Of a stretch of DNA of 64,000 nt, positions 1-13,249 are shown piece after piece. Positions within the stretch are counted from its first letter, which is position 1. Each line of letters starts with the position of its first letter. Where the stretch lies: positions 34,931,035-34,995,034 of the forward strand of contig NC_068996.1 in assembly GCF_001194135.2 (NCBI RefSeq). The letters run 5' to 3'. The notes below the pieces were generated by a model, which was not told the origin of the DNA, ran no database searches, and saw only the letters and a list, made by a program, of their open reading frames with translations. Origin of the DNA: Octopus bimaculoides (lineage: Eukaryota). The position numbers were made by a program, and so were the translations under genes.

Positions 1-280
1 TTAAACCAGACAGTGTTTTGAAAAAACACCCACACAGGTTGCACCTCTGATTTGCACTACCAATACCTGCAAGTAAGTTCTGCTCATTGTGGATCCTAAC
101 ATGTCTTTTAAGACCCCCATTGGATTTGCAAACCCTCTGGCACACACCACATTCAAACGTGTGCACAGACATATAATCAGAATAGCAGGATGAGGTTTGT
201 TTTCCATGGGTTCGCAGGTGAGATTTGAGGCCAGCCAAGATGATGTGGAGAAATTGGACAAAGTTATGCAAGACATCAGC
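1..280 (-). mobile_element. C2H2 zinc-finger-bearing C-terminus of an RTE-type LINE (fragment running off the window)
   Basis: Frame not in the ORF track: AGLKSHLRTH..FECGVCQRVCKSNGGLKRHVRIH..RCNLCGCFFKTLSGL; homologous to 14147-14580. Confidence 0.65.
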
Positions 281-1261
281 AGAAAGAAAGACAATCTAAT
301 CAGCATTAATGAAATTGTTCTGGCTCTGAAAAGACTGCAGATATATACATATATATACATACATACACATATATTTATGTATATATTATATTTATATATA
401 GATTATATTTATTCATATATATATATCAATATATTACAAATCTCTCTCTATATATATGTGTGTGTGTGTGTTTCATATATGTGTGTGTGTACATATATAT
501 GTATATGCATATATACATACACAGACACACACACACACACATATGTACATATTCTCACACACATGCAAAGATAAATATATATATTTATTAAAATTTATGA
601 TTTACACTTCCTGTCTCACACTTCTTCCATAATATATATATATATATATACACATATAAAAGGAAAGTTTTACATACTCATGGAATATGTATATGAAACA
701 AGCTTGTGTGTGTATGTTTGCATGCGTGTATGCATAAGCTACACATGTCATGTGCATGTTGTGTGTGTGTGTATGCATAAATATCCATTGATTTATACTG
801 TCCTCCACATATCTTTTAAAAAAATATGTGCTATACAAAATATTCTTACATTTTTTTTTACATTTTGTTCATTGGAAACAATCAATTTTGTGTGAGAATA
901 CACTTAGAAATTTAATTTTTAATATTCCTCGAATTAAACACACCAACATACATATATACACCTTCTGCATGTAATACATAGAATATTTTGTTTTTTCATG
1001 CAAAGGAAGAATCAGGTTGGAGTGGGATAAGATTTAAAAAAAAAAAAAGCAACAGCAAAAAACAAATAAATGTTTCTGTACTGTTTTTACTTAATAAATA
1101 AACATATCTATCATGTTAGCTTTATTCTTCGTTTTTCATCTATGATGATCATCTGTAACATAACGAGCATTGATTCAATCAATGCCATTATTCCTTAATA
1201 AAAGCAAGCCTACAGGTTAGTAAATAAACCAGCAAAAAATTCATCATCATCATTAGTATTA

Positions 1262-1494
1262 AAGGGGTGAGCTGGTAGAATTTTTAGCATACTGAACAAA
1301 ATGCTTAGTGATGTTTCATGTCTTTATGTCCTGAGTTCAAATTATACTGAGGTCACCTTTGCCTTTTATACGTTTAGGGTGATTGAAATAAGTACCAGTT
1401 GAGTACTGGGTCAAGGAAATTGGCTGACCACCAGCTCCAAAATTTTAGGCCTTGTGCCTTGAATAGAAAGGATTATTATTATTATTATTACTAC

Positions 1495-1533
<39 letters not shown>

Positions 1534-1731
1534 GGCAGTGAACTGGCAAAATCATTAAGATACTACACAAAATGTTTCACAATTTGTCCATCTTTATATT
1601 CTAAGTTTAAATTCCATAGATGTTAACTTTGCATTTTAGGGTCAATAAAATAAGTACTAGTTGAACACTGGGGTTGATGTAATTGACTTACCCCTCCTCC
1701 AAAATTACTGGCCTTGTGCCAAAATTTGAAA

Positions 1732-1735
<4 letters not shown>
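1262..1735 (+). mobile_element. Two tandem copies of tRNA-like SINE family C with (ATT)n tails (others at about 49335-49535, 57225-57430, 62415-62630)
   Basis: GAGCTGGCAGAA..AATGCTTAG..CTGAGTTCAAATT..AAATAAGTACCAGTTGA..GGCCTTGTGCC consensus repeated. Confidence 0.8.
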
Positions 1736-1765
<30 letters not shown>

Positions 1766-2109
1766 TTTGTTTTTAAGTTCATTTTCCTATGCTAGCATGG
1801 TTTAGATGAATATATTTTATTGACGCATTATTTGTAAAGCTGGATACCCTTATCTGTTCCTTTTTCATCCTCCTTATCTTTGAAAGTGAAGAGTTACTGA
1901 ATGATCTGTTGACAGGAAAATGTCAGCAAATGTCACCATCTATTGCTGAAAAATGAGATGAGTTCAAAAAGTGGAATGTTGAAAAAATGAAAAAAAAGAA
2001 AGGTAAAAAAGAAAAAAGACGTAGAGTTATGTTCCCTTTAACCATAGAGTTATAAGTCTTGATGGTGTAGAATCAACGGAAGGGGTCTCCAGTCAGTGAT
2101 ACAGATATT

Positions 2110-2260
2110 CAATCCAAAAAGGGTGGGGTTCTCAAATTTGCCAAAAGAAACTTATCCATATGTTTGCATTTGTTGATAATCTCTGATCTGGATTTCAGCA
2201 GTGCAGTGGTATTCTTAGATCTAGAAGGATATGCTATGTTTAAGATATACATAATACCAT
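2110..2260 (-). mobile_element. Short PLE endonuclease C-terminal remnant
   Basis: LLKSRSEIINKCKHMDKFLLANL resembles the PLE C-terminal motif LLN.RSE..SKCRH.NKF. Confidence 0.45.
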
Positions 2261-3093
2261 ATATTAACGGATAATATCTTCAATGTATGAAACTAGTAGA
2301 AGCTCATAACTATATACTGTGTACATTAAATAATATTTATCTCTCACCAGTTTGAGAACTTTTTTTCTGATATTATCTTATGGAAAAGTAAGCTGTATAT
2401 ATACAAGTGTGTGTGTATGCATATATATTAAGGTGGTATGTGTGTGTGTATATATATATATTAAAATGGTACTCCAACATGGCTGCAGTCAAATGACTGA
2501 AACAAATAAAAGAATAAAATAGAATGTGTGTGTGTATGCGTGCATATATGTGTGTATGTGAGTTTGTATATCTATGTCTTGACACGATGTGATAGTTGTA
2601 GAGGATCCTAACTATTATAAAAGCAATGTCAATTCCTTCTAATCTTCTGTGAAAACATGTCTAGCCAAAGTGAAATATTATTTTGCATGAAGATAGGTAA
2701 GGGTTAGCAGTATGAAGAATATCTGGCTGTTGAAAAATCTACCTCATTGAATTCCATCTCACCTGTACAAACATGGAAAATTAAATGTTGAAACAATGAT
2801 GATGATGATGATGACAATGACACACACACACACACACACACACATGACAGGCATCCTATGCAGTTTCTATCAGTCATTAGTGAGCCTGGAACTATAGTAG
2901 AAGACATGTGGTGAAGGTGCTGAAACCTTAGCCACACAATCATACCAATACCAATCATTATTATTATTATACAGGTGTGGCTATGTGGTAAGAAGCTTGC
3001 CTGACACCTTTGGCAAGTGTCTTCTACTATAGCCTTGGGCCAACCAAAGGCTTGTGAGTGGATTTGGTAGAAAGAAACTGAAAGAAGCACATC

Positions 3094-3129
<36 letters not shown>

Positions 3130-3182
3130 GTGTGACAACAAAAGAATGAATGAGACCTCAATATTATGTAAATAGAGGAATT

Positions 3183-3912
3183 TATCTGTAATATAATATG
3201 TGACAATTATTCGATTGCCATAATAAAACTCCAAGTTTTGGATGTCGGGCCAGAAATCTGCTCCGGCATCTCGTCATTATTAAGACAAACAAAAATGCTA
3301 TGCAAATGACCGTTAAAAAAAGGGAAAAAACCTAAAGGGGAGGAAGTAAAAAACGCTCATGGAATTAGCGTATCTGCACATGTACATACATACATACACA
3401 TGCATGCATGCACACCCACACACACATGCGAGTGTGAGTGAGCATATGCATATATAGCATATGTGTATTTAGACATGTATATGAATATAATTGTGCATGT
3501 ACGGGTATGTGTACGTGTGTGTGTGTGGATATGTATATGTGTACGTTTATATATGTGCAGATATGTATTTGTATATGTGTACGTGTATATATGTGCACAT
3601 ATAGATGTGTGTGTAGGTGTGCATGTATGTGTTTCATGCCAGTATGAGTGAGCATATGCATATAGGCACATGTACATGGGTGTACATGTGCACATATGCA
3701 AATTCTACAAGCATCTATTACTTTCTCCCCTTAGGGTTTTTCCCTTTACTTAACGATCATTTACATAGTAATTTCCCTTTGTTTAATGGTCATTTTCATA
3801 GCATTTTTGTTTGTCTTAATAACTGACGAGATGCCGAAGCAGATTTCTGCCCCGACATCTGAGACTCGGGGTTTTATTATGGCAACCAAATAATTGTTAC
3901 ATATTATATTAC

Positions 3913-3916
<4 letters not shown>
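3183..3916. repeat. Inverted repeat pair (about 180-230 bp arms) around a CA/TA microsatellite; each arm carries a decayed hammerhead motif
   Basis: 3183-3360 is the reverse complement of about 3700-3916. Right arm 3817-3879: TAATAA CTGACGA GATG..CATC T GAGA CTCGGGGT T TTATTA. Left arm (minus strand, 3221-3282) shows the same layout with different lesions. Confidence 0.7.
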
Positions 3917-3961
<45 letters not shown>

Positions 3962-4221
3962 ATGAGTGTCTTTGTGTCTGTGTTTGTCCCCTACCACAGC
4001 TGGACAACTCGTGTTGGTGTGTTTACATCCTCATAGTTTAGCAGTTCAGCAAAGAGGTCAATAGAATTAGTAACAGGCATAAAAAAATGTACTGGGGTCA
4101 ATTCATTCAACTTGAAATTCTTCAAGGTAGTGCCCTTGCATGGCCACAGTCTAATGACTGAAATAAGTAAAAGATAAAAGATATACATACATATCTATTT
4201 ATCTATCTATCTATCTATCTA

Positions 4222-4260
<39 letters not shown>

Positions 4261-6029
4261 TCTTTTACTCTTTTACTTGTTTCAGTCATTTGACTGTAGC
4301 CATGCTGGAGCACCACCTTTAGTCGAGCAAATGGACCCCAGGACTTATTCTTTGTAAGTCTAGTACTTATTCTATCGCTCTATTTTGCTGAACCACTAAG
4401 TTACTGGGACGTAAACACACCAGCATCGATTGTCAAGCAATGTTGGGGGGACAAACACAGACACACAAACATATACACACATGCATATATATATACCACA
4501 CAGCCACCACATAATGGACTTCTTTTTGCTTCCATCTACCAAATCTTCTCACAAGGTTTTGGCTAGCTACGGGGCTAGAGTAGAGAGTACTTACTGGCCC
4601 AAGTAGCCACATAGTGGGACTGAAACTGGAACCATGTGGTTGGAAAGCAAACTTCTTACTACACAGCCATGCCTGCACCTTGAAAATTATATTTAAATAA
4701 CATAAAAAATGATTTTAGTATCCTTTTACTCTTTTACCTATTCCAGTCATCTGACTGTGGCCATGCACGAACACCACTTTAAAGGGGTTTTCAGTTGAAG
4801 AAATCAGCCCCAGAACTTATTCTTTGTAAGCCTAGTACTTATTCTGTCAGTCTCTTTTGCTGAAGCACTAAGTAACACTTACATAAACACACCAACATCA
4901 GTTGTCAAGTGATGGGGGGGGGGGACAAACACAGACACAAAGGCATAAATATATACATATGTATATATGTACGATGGGCTTCTTTCAGTTTGCTCACAAG
5001 GCTTCAGTTGGCCCAAGGTGCCATGCAGTGGGACTGAACCCAGAACCTTGTAGTCAGGAGTGTTAAAACCCTTAGTTTAGAAATATATGTTCCTAGTCTG
5101 GTATTATGTGCATATCCAGCAAACAGATTGAAGTATAATGTAGATATAAACCATCATTTCATCATTTGAAGTCCATTTTTCATGCTGGCATGGGCTGGAT
5201 GGCTTGAAAGTATCTGGTGAGCTCCAGGGGTGCACCAAATTCTAGTATCAACTTTGGCATAGTTTCTATGGCTCAGTGCTCTTCCTAATGTCATATATGA
5301 ATATGGGAAAAAAATACTGTGAATATGTGATCTGGAGAATTCTAATTGTATTATATTGATTTTTGTCTATTAGTGGGTTGAGAGGATTCCTTAGTCCTGT
5401 TGAGGACATGACCATGCTGGTGCTATGATAAAATGTATCCAGTTCACTCTGTAAAGTGGTTGGCAATAGAAAGGGCATCCAGATGCAGAAACCATGCCAG
5501 AAATGGAATGTATGACCAAGACATAGTCTTTGGTTCCATTTGGGAGGGGATTAATGCCAAATAAGAGCTGACTTGGATATTCCAACCTAAGACAGCAAAG
5601 AAAGCTAATGTAAAATGGTGGTGGTGATGATGATTATTGTAAGAAATAAGAGGCTTATAATAGTGAGGCAAATTATTGCATTATCAATCTTTTTTCATAA
5701 TACTCAAACATTTTTTTATGAAAAGAAGGTTGTTGTTGCTGCTACTGCTGTTCTTGTTGTTGCTGCTGCTGTTGCTACTGTTGCTGCTGGTGTTGGTGGC
5801 AGTAGTGGTGGCAGTAATGCTGGCAGCAGCAGTGCTAGTTGTGCCATCTCTACTATGTCACAGAAATAAACTGGTGAAATGTTGTGTCTAGTTTATTGTT
5901 TATCGCATAAAGCTTGTCCTAAAATTGAAACATTGAAAATATCTTCCATTTCAAATCATATAGGTGGTTGATGAAGAAAATATGGCTGTCAAAGGATTAC
6001 AAGAAATGATTCTTACTAGTTTGTGTGGC

Positions 6030-6757
6030 TCCCTGATACCTAGCTGCCGAGACTGCCCCAGATTCCATTATACAAGCATTCTGTTTTAAAGTGATCTAAA
6101 TTAAAACTTTCCATTCAAATTTCATGTGAATTCATGTTCCAAACACTAGCTTAATAATTACAAAGTTGTTTTACTAAATTCTCTATTGTTTTCAAAATCA
6201 ACTGGAACAAAGACTGTAATTTGAGCAGATATTATTTTAGTCACATGATCTAGCTTTCAGATCTTTCCATCTTGTTTGTCTTCACCCTTCTGAGACAATC
6301 CCTGGTTTTACACTACAAACTTCCTCTTTTAAGGGATCTAAACTAAAACCTTCCATTAAAATTCTATATTAATGTTCCAAACACTAGCTTAATAATCATA
6401 AATATATTTTACTAAATTCTTCATTATTTTCAAAATTAATTGAAATGAAAGCAGCATATTTCAACTGAAATATCCTAGTCATATGATGTAGCTTCCAGAT
6501 CTTTCCATTATGTCTGTCTTCATTCTTCAGATACCAACCTACCTGAGATTGTCCCTCGTTCTATGATGCAAATTACTTGTTTTGAAGAAATCTAAATCAA
6601 GACCTTTGTTTACACTAATTTTGGAAATTTCATCCTGATTTATGTTCCAAATACTAGCTAAATAATGACAGTTATTTTACTAAACTCTTCATTAGTTTCA
6701 AAATTTATTATAACAAAGGATGTGTATTTTAATGGAAATATGGTAATGAAAAGGTTA
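6030..6757. repeat. Tandem array of about three MITE-plus-spacer units (about 210-280 bp each)
   Basis: Repeated blocks ATGTTCCAAA.ACTAGCT.AATAAT..TTTTACTAAA.TC at about 6135, 6370 and 6640, and spacer TCA.ATGAT.TAGCTT.CAGATCTTTCCAT at about 6241 and 6478. Confidence 0.75.
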
Positions 6758-7905
6758 AGGGAAAGTAGTTGTTAGGGATATGACTGGAACTTTAACTAGA
6801 CCATGTAATAACATAGTCTTACTCCTTTATGACATGTATGACCTCCATTTTAAATACAGGGTTAGCTGTTACATTAAGCAAGTTGCTGTTTAATCCAAAT
6901 ATTCTATGTGTTTTATGTTCAAACTGGTCAGATCATAAACAATCACATCATTGAAATCTCAAAGCTACAAGATAAGCCATAATTCAAAACAATATGAATA
7001 AATAAGCATTACATTTGACAGAGTAATCTGAATGCTAAAGGGTTAAACCCAGATATGTCCCAACTTAAGAGGTCTGTGATCAAAATGTCTGCCAGCCATG
7101 ACCATCCAATCTTTCATCAGACATAATATATTTAGTATGGCATTATCTAACATGCCTTGCTTCACACAGAAACTTTTTTTAAGAAGGAATTTACACCATA
7201 CAGGATGGAATTTAAACTTTAAAAAATCACCCCAAAACTAGAGGTCGTCTTATATACTCCATATAAAATCTGACCATTAACTTTGATGTATATAATCATA
7301 AGTAATTTACAATATTCGGCTACTCTTTGAAAAGAACTGGATAAATTTTAAACAAACAAGACTGCAAAATTCTTGCATAAAAAGTTTACTGATTGAAACA
7401 TAGTTAAAATGTTATTTAAACACAAGAAAGGCAAAGGCTTTAGGGGCCACTGGGAAGCTACAGCTCACTTGACCCCTTTAGCTAAGAACCTTGTGCATTC
7501 AGCCCTCGAGCTATTTTCCACAAAAACTTGGGGTAGTCTTATACAGCAAGTATAGCTCAAAACCCACTTTTTAAATGGAAAGCCCGGGAGTCGTCTTGTA
7601 CACCCAATTATTATATGCCAACATATACAGTAGTTGCTGTTATGATTTATGCTTGCTGTCTCAATCATCTTCCATAATATAAAGCATATATAAATGTATA
7701 CAAAATATGTACAATGTTTGCCCAATATTTACATGTTATTGTTTATAGTTTTATGTGTATGCTTTGTCATATACTATTCTCTTCCCCTCATCCTGACAAA
7801 GAAGATTTATTTCTCATTCTCTTGAAAGTTAATAATATTTTTGTGATGTCAACAATACATACACCCAAATATATATATACTTATATTTATATGTGTGTAT
7901 ATATA

Positions 7906-7979
<74 letters not shown>

Positions 7980-8787
7980 TGTATATAAATGTATTTATAT
8001 AAAATTGTAAATGATGAGAGAAACCGTATGATGAAATTTATTTTACTATAAAAAAATTCAAATATCACGACAAATTGTTTTGTAACTTAAAGCACGTAAA
8101 GATAATTTATTTTATTATATTTAACAATGAATAAATTACTTACATGTTTGCATAATTCAAAAAAATCCTTTAAAACAATGTATTTGTATTTAAACTGACC
8201 TTGCCTGGCCTGGTGTCATATAAAAAATACTCAGTCCACTCTGTTGGGTGTTCGGTGTTAGGAAGAGTATCCAGCCCCCAAAACCATGCCAAAACAGACA
8301 CAGTAGCCTGCTGTAGTCTTCTACCTGGCTGGCTCCTGTCAAACCGTCCAACCCATGCTTGCATGGAAGGTGGATATTAAAAATGATGATGATGATGTAT
8401 GTATGCATGTGTATATGCGTGTGTATATGTGTATATGCATGTGTATATGTGTATGAAGCCTTGCAAGTGGATTTGGTAGATGGAAACTGAATGAAATTGT
8501 CATGTATATATACTTATATATATGTGTGTGTAGACATGTGTTTGTGCCTTTTGCTTTGACATCTGTGATAGTTGTAAACAAGTGTCACTATTATAAAACA
8601 GTGATGTTTGTTTCCAATCTTCTGTGAAAAATGTTTCTGGCTACCTCACTTGGAAACTGGTTGGTGTTGGTGACAGGAAGAGTATCTGGTTGCCAAAAAA
8701 TCCTGCCTAAATGAATTCTATCTGACCCAATGCAAGCTGAGAAAATTGAATGTCAAAACAGTGATGACTTTGGTGGTAATGGTGTGA

Positions 8788-8823
<36 letters not shown>

Positions 8824-9389
8824 ATGTGTGTGTGCATGCATATTGTGTATGCACATGCATACATGTGTGTGTGTGTGTGTGTATGTCTGCTTTTGAGAGG
8901 TTACAAAATACAGAATTAATTGTTATTGATCTTCACTGTATTGACAGTCGATCTATTTTTCTGCTCATGGTGCTTTTCATATATTTTAATTTATATTCTG
9001 ATAGCTGAAATATCTGGAATATTCTTTAGAGAACAGAACATTGGAGTCGGCCAAGGTAGTTTTCAGACTGAAGGAATTTTCAATTAAATTAGCTTGATTA
9101 CCCACTACTCAGAGTTTTGACTCTATCCAGATTCCTACTGGAAGGGTATTTGCTTTTTATCCATAATAGATAAAACAGTAATAAATAAATAGAATCATAA
9201 ATAAAAGCAGTAATATACTGGAAATGACTAAGAATAGAAATTAGCTTTGTAACATATTCAAAAGAAACCTCTATTATGGTTAAACTCATTTGGGTTGGTC
9301 AATAACCAATACATCATTGACTAATAGGCCGTTGATCATCTTGCCAATATTTTTTATCACAAAGACTTACATACATGCATGTATGTATG

Positions 9390-9423
<34 letters not shown>

Positions 9424-9745
9424 TGTATGTATGTATGTATCTATCTATCTATCTATCTATGTGTGTGTATGTATGTATGCATATATGTATGTACATATAT
9501 ATGTACACACATACATACATACATACATGNNNNNNNNNNTGTATGTACATATATATGTACACACATACATACATACATACATGTCATATATATGTCATAT
9601 CTGCTACATCATAATTACTAGCTAACACCTAACACAATAAATCTTGTAACTCTAAAGTTGTAACTGAAATCTTGCCTGATTTCTCTATCAATCTACTTAT
9701 CTGTCTGTCTGTATAAACATGTATGTGTGTGTGAATACATACATA

Positions 9746-10765
9746 CACTGAACCACAAAAGAAATGCGAGACATGTATGACTGCAAAATATGTTTTAATT
9801 TCATTATGTCAGAGATAAATTTTGATAAACCTGATAAAGTCAATTTCTTCGATGCACTTTGACCTCAGTCTATAGGTCCTTGTCAAGTGTTCTGGTAGAG
9901 GGCGGATCGAGCACATCGAGATTGTAGAGTGTAATATGTTCAATACCATGTATGTCCTCCCTGGGTGTTCAAAATGGCCATACACTGAAGTGCATGAGGT
10001 GGTTCACAAAAGCCATTGGCACTTGTGCCCACACCCTTGTGCCTCCAGTTCCACATGAGTTGTCGCCCTTGGGACCACCTGGTTCAGCCGTCTCTGGATT
10101 TCATCCCGCAGGTGTTCAATTGGATTCAAATCTAGGCTGAGAGCCGGCCACGGCATGGTTCTGATGTTGTGCTGATGCAGAAAGTCTATGGTGACCTTGG
10201 CCATGTGGGAGGGAGCATTGTTCTGCTGGAACATGTGGCTATGGTGACGCACAAAGAAGGGCACGATGTGAGGCTTTAGGATCTGGTCAACATAGCAGTG
10301 CTGTGATTCCATTCCCTCTGCCTGCACCAACATTTTTGAACACATAGGACCCAGTTTTATCTAGGCCCTATTCTAGATGGTACTGACAACCAGGACACGC
10401 TGCCCTGCTCGCAATCGGCTGATAGCTTGTTCTCTTTGTGCTGCTGACAATTGGGTCATACTTGATGCATCTAAATTACAAATGCCAGGAGCATGGTTCA
10501 AGTTGATTTTTATACCCATAACCTTCACGAGATGCATGCGTATTTTGATTTTCATGACAATTGTTTGCAAATGCCACCCATGGCATTTGGCACAGCTGCA
10601 TTTTGGCATCTTGTTTCAGGGAAAGTTGAAAGGTTACCTACAATTTGGGTCTCAGCCATAAACCAGCATGTCTTGGAATATTTACACTTACATCCCTGAA
10701 ATAAATTTTCAGAACTTACCAGATAAAAATGACATTTGAAAAAATCACGTTTCTTTTGTGGTTCA

Positions 10766-10768
<3 letters not shown>
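9746..10768 (-). mobile_element. Tc1-family DNA transposon, internally deleted
   Basis: 19-bp TIRs CACTGAACCACAAAAGAAA / TTTCTTTTGTGGTTCAGTG; TA at left; transposase pieces MTQLSAAQREQAISRLRAG and MFQQNNAPSH..WPALSLDLNPIEHL. Confidence 0.92.
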
Positions 10769-10839
<71 letters not shown>

Positions 10840-11384
10840 TTGGAAAAGGATACGTGGCGTTCAATTAAATAATATAAATAATATATATATGTGTGCGTGT
10901 GTATATGCATATATGAGTACAGGACGTCACCAACAGTAAACATGTATATATATATATATATCATTATATTATATATATAATATTTATCAGATGTTTAATA
11001 TATCTATCTTTTGTCGATCAAATTCTGTATGTTTGGTTGAATGATAAAACATGTGGACGATTAATTATATGACTGTGGGTTATATGGGTTACACCTTAGA
11101 CAAAGACATTGTGTGGGACCACAAACTCCACTGCCACATCTCCACCACTACCAGCAAAAATATCTTCCTGAGAAATATGTTACAAGACTTTAAATGAAGA
11201 GATGCAATCTAACATTTCAGGCATTTTTTTTTCCTTAATTATTCCTTGTTAGACTCAACTGTTTTAATGATTGTATAAAATACAATATGATTGTTCTGGG
11301 ATTTCATGCGCCGGCTTTACTGCTGAATCAAATATCTTAACCATTTCAAAATGGTGACTACTTTGAATGTTGTTTTATGTTCTT

Positions 11385-11406
11385 GAGAGAGAGAGAGAGG
11401 GAGTGA

Positions 11407-11480
<74 letters not shown>
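11385..11480. repeat. (GA)n microsatellite; representative of the many (TA)n, (CA)n, (TATG)n, (ATT)n and (CAT)n arrays in the window
   Basis: Directly visible simple repeats; they explain almost all short ORFs in the ORF track and flank most gaps. Confidence 0.95.
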
Positions 11481-11482
<2 letters not shown>

Positions 11483-11976
11483 ATGTGGAAAGAATTGTCA
11501 GAATTCTAAAGTATACTCAAACTTCTTGCCAATTATTACAGTAATATTTGAGACACAACAGTTGCTCAGCCATTGTTATTAATGTTGCAGACGTACCCTT
11601 CCCTAATCACTTTACAAATCAGATCCCTAACAGATGAAACAAAGTAGTGCATCAAGCCATGGTCGTCCCTATATTTATTGGTGGGTAGGAGTAAAGTTGG
11701 GTGGAGGGCAGGTTGTTGAATTATTAAGAAGTATTGACAAAGACATGCCTACTGCACTGTGTAAGTTGGACGCTTCCATAAAGGAGTTCTGCTTTGGTTC
11801 ACTCAATGCTCTATTTTCAGATGTCGAATGATATGAAGAATGAGAAAATTTAGTAAATGGTGAAAGATTCACCTAAACCTAACCTACCTTTAAATCATGC
11901 CAACAAATATATCACCACAATTATTTATTGACAAATTAACAGTCAAAATTAAAAAAATTAATATAAATTATTCCAC

Positions 11977-12393
11977 AGGCACAGGAGTGGCTGTGTGGTA
12001 AGTAGCTTGCTTACCAACCACATGGTTCTGGGTTCATTCCCACTGCGTGGCACCTTGGGTAAGTGTCTTCTATTATAGCCTCGGGCCGACCAAAGCTTTG
12101 CGAGTGGATTTGGTAGACGGAAACTGAAAGAAGCCTGTCGTATATATGTATATATATATACGTATGTATATGTGTGTATATGTTTGTGTGTCTGTGTTTG
12201 TCCCCCTAACATCGCTTGACAACCGATGGTGGTGTGTTTAGGTCCCCATAACTTAGCGGTTCGGCAAAAAGAGACTGATAGAATAAGTACTAGGCATCTA
12301 AAGAATAAGTCCTGGGGTCAATTTACTCAACTAAAGGCGGTGCTCCAGCATGGCCGCAGTCAAATGACAGAAACAAGTAAAAGAGTAAAGAGT
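11977..12393 (+). mobile_element. tRNA-derived SINE family A, full-length copy with internal microsatellite (other copies at about 2970-3100, 3960-4180, 4259-4680, 4720-5050, 17725-18160, 32590-32900, 40270-40560, 45966-46330, 46740-46870, 62650-62820)
   Basis: Head GGCTGTGTGGTAAG..GGTTCATTCCCACTGCGTGGCACCTTGGG (A/B-box-like); tail GAAACAAGTAAAAGAGTAAAGAG; many dispersed copies in both orientations. Confidence 0.85.
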
Positions 12394-13213
12394 ATGTCAT
12401 GGAATTGTATAAACAGTTAAAAAAACAAAACAAAAGAAAACAAGAAATAGAGAAGATTCTCAATTTAAAGCAGTTACAAATATTTTTTTTTGTCTAATAA
12501 AAGGAAAAGAATATTGGCTTTAATATAATTTCATAACATTTGATATTTAATTAATGATAAATGCTTTTCATGCATATAACAGAAGATTTCAGGGATTGTT
12601 TTGTTGGTGCCATTGTAATTGTGTAATTTTTGTAATTTTAAATATTGATTTTTAATTTTTCTGAATTAATTTCTATACTATATATATCTTCCAAAATCAC
12701 CTTCTACAGAAGCCTATTTCAATGAGTGTCTGTGTCCTCTCTCTCTCTCTCTCTCTGTGAAATTGCTTCTTTGTAAATTTACAAACCAATTCAACCCCTG
12801 TCTACATAGTAAAACATATTAAACTGATGGTGATGATGATGATGATAATAATTAAGATAATGATATTTTCAAATATTAGATGGTTTACTAAAATATATTG
12901 GTCTCATATTTGTTATGATTGTAATATTAGAATAAATTTGTTAATTGCTACACAAAAATATATTTTAAAGAATGATGTTGCCAGGTCAGAGTGACAGTTT
13001 TAAGAAATTGGCATTAATGTTTAATGAATGTGCTAACTGTTTTATACCATTATTGCAAGACAAGTTCTGTTTTAGGGACCTTCAAGAGGAATTGCAACAT
13101 CTGTCTAGCAATAAAGTACATGAATGATACATCAGCCTTGTTGTCTTCAAAGGTGACTTTTATATTCACAAACAGTTCCTGTACTCGATAATATGTATGT
13201 ATATTTTTATGTA

Positions 13214-13249
<36 letters not shown>

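Noticed and set aside
197-574. Plus-strand ORF with an EF-hand-looking stretch (DISRKKDNLISINEIVLALKRLQ)
   Set aside because: No donor site before it runs into (TA)n; the opposite strand encodes recognisable C2H2 fingers over the overlapping part.
5615-5891. Poly-Ala/Val/Leu/Gln ORFs
   Set aside because: Translation of a GCT/GTT trinucleotide repeat; no splice signals or unique coding flanks.
7130-7630. Possible Tc2/pogo-like non-autonomous element (GTCGTCTTATA motifs, TACAGTA end)
   Set aside because: Left terminus could not be matched; too decayed to call.
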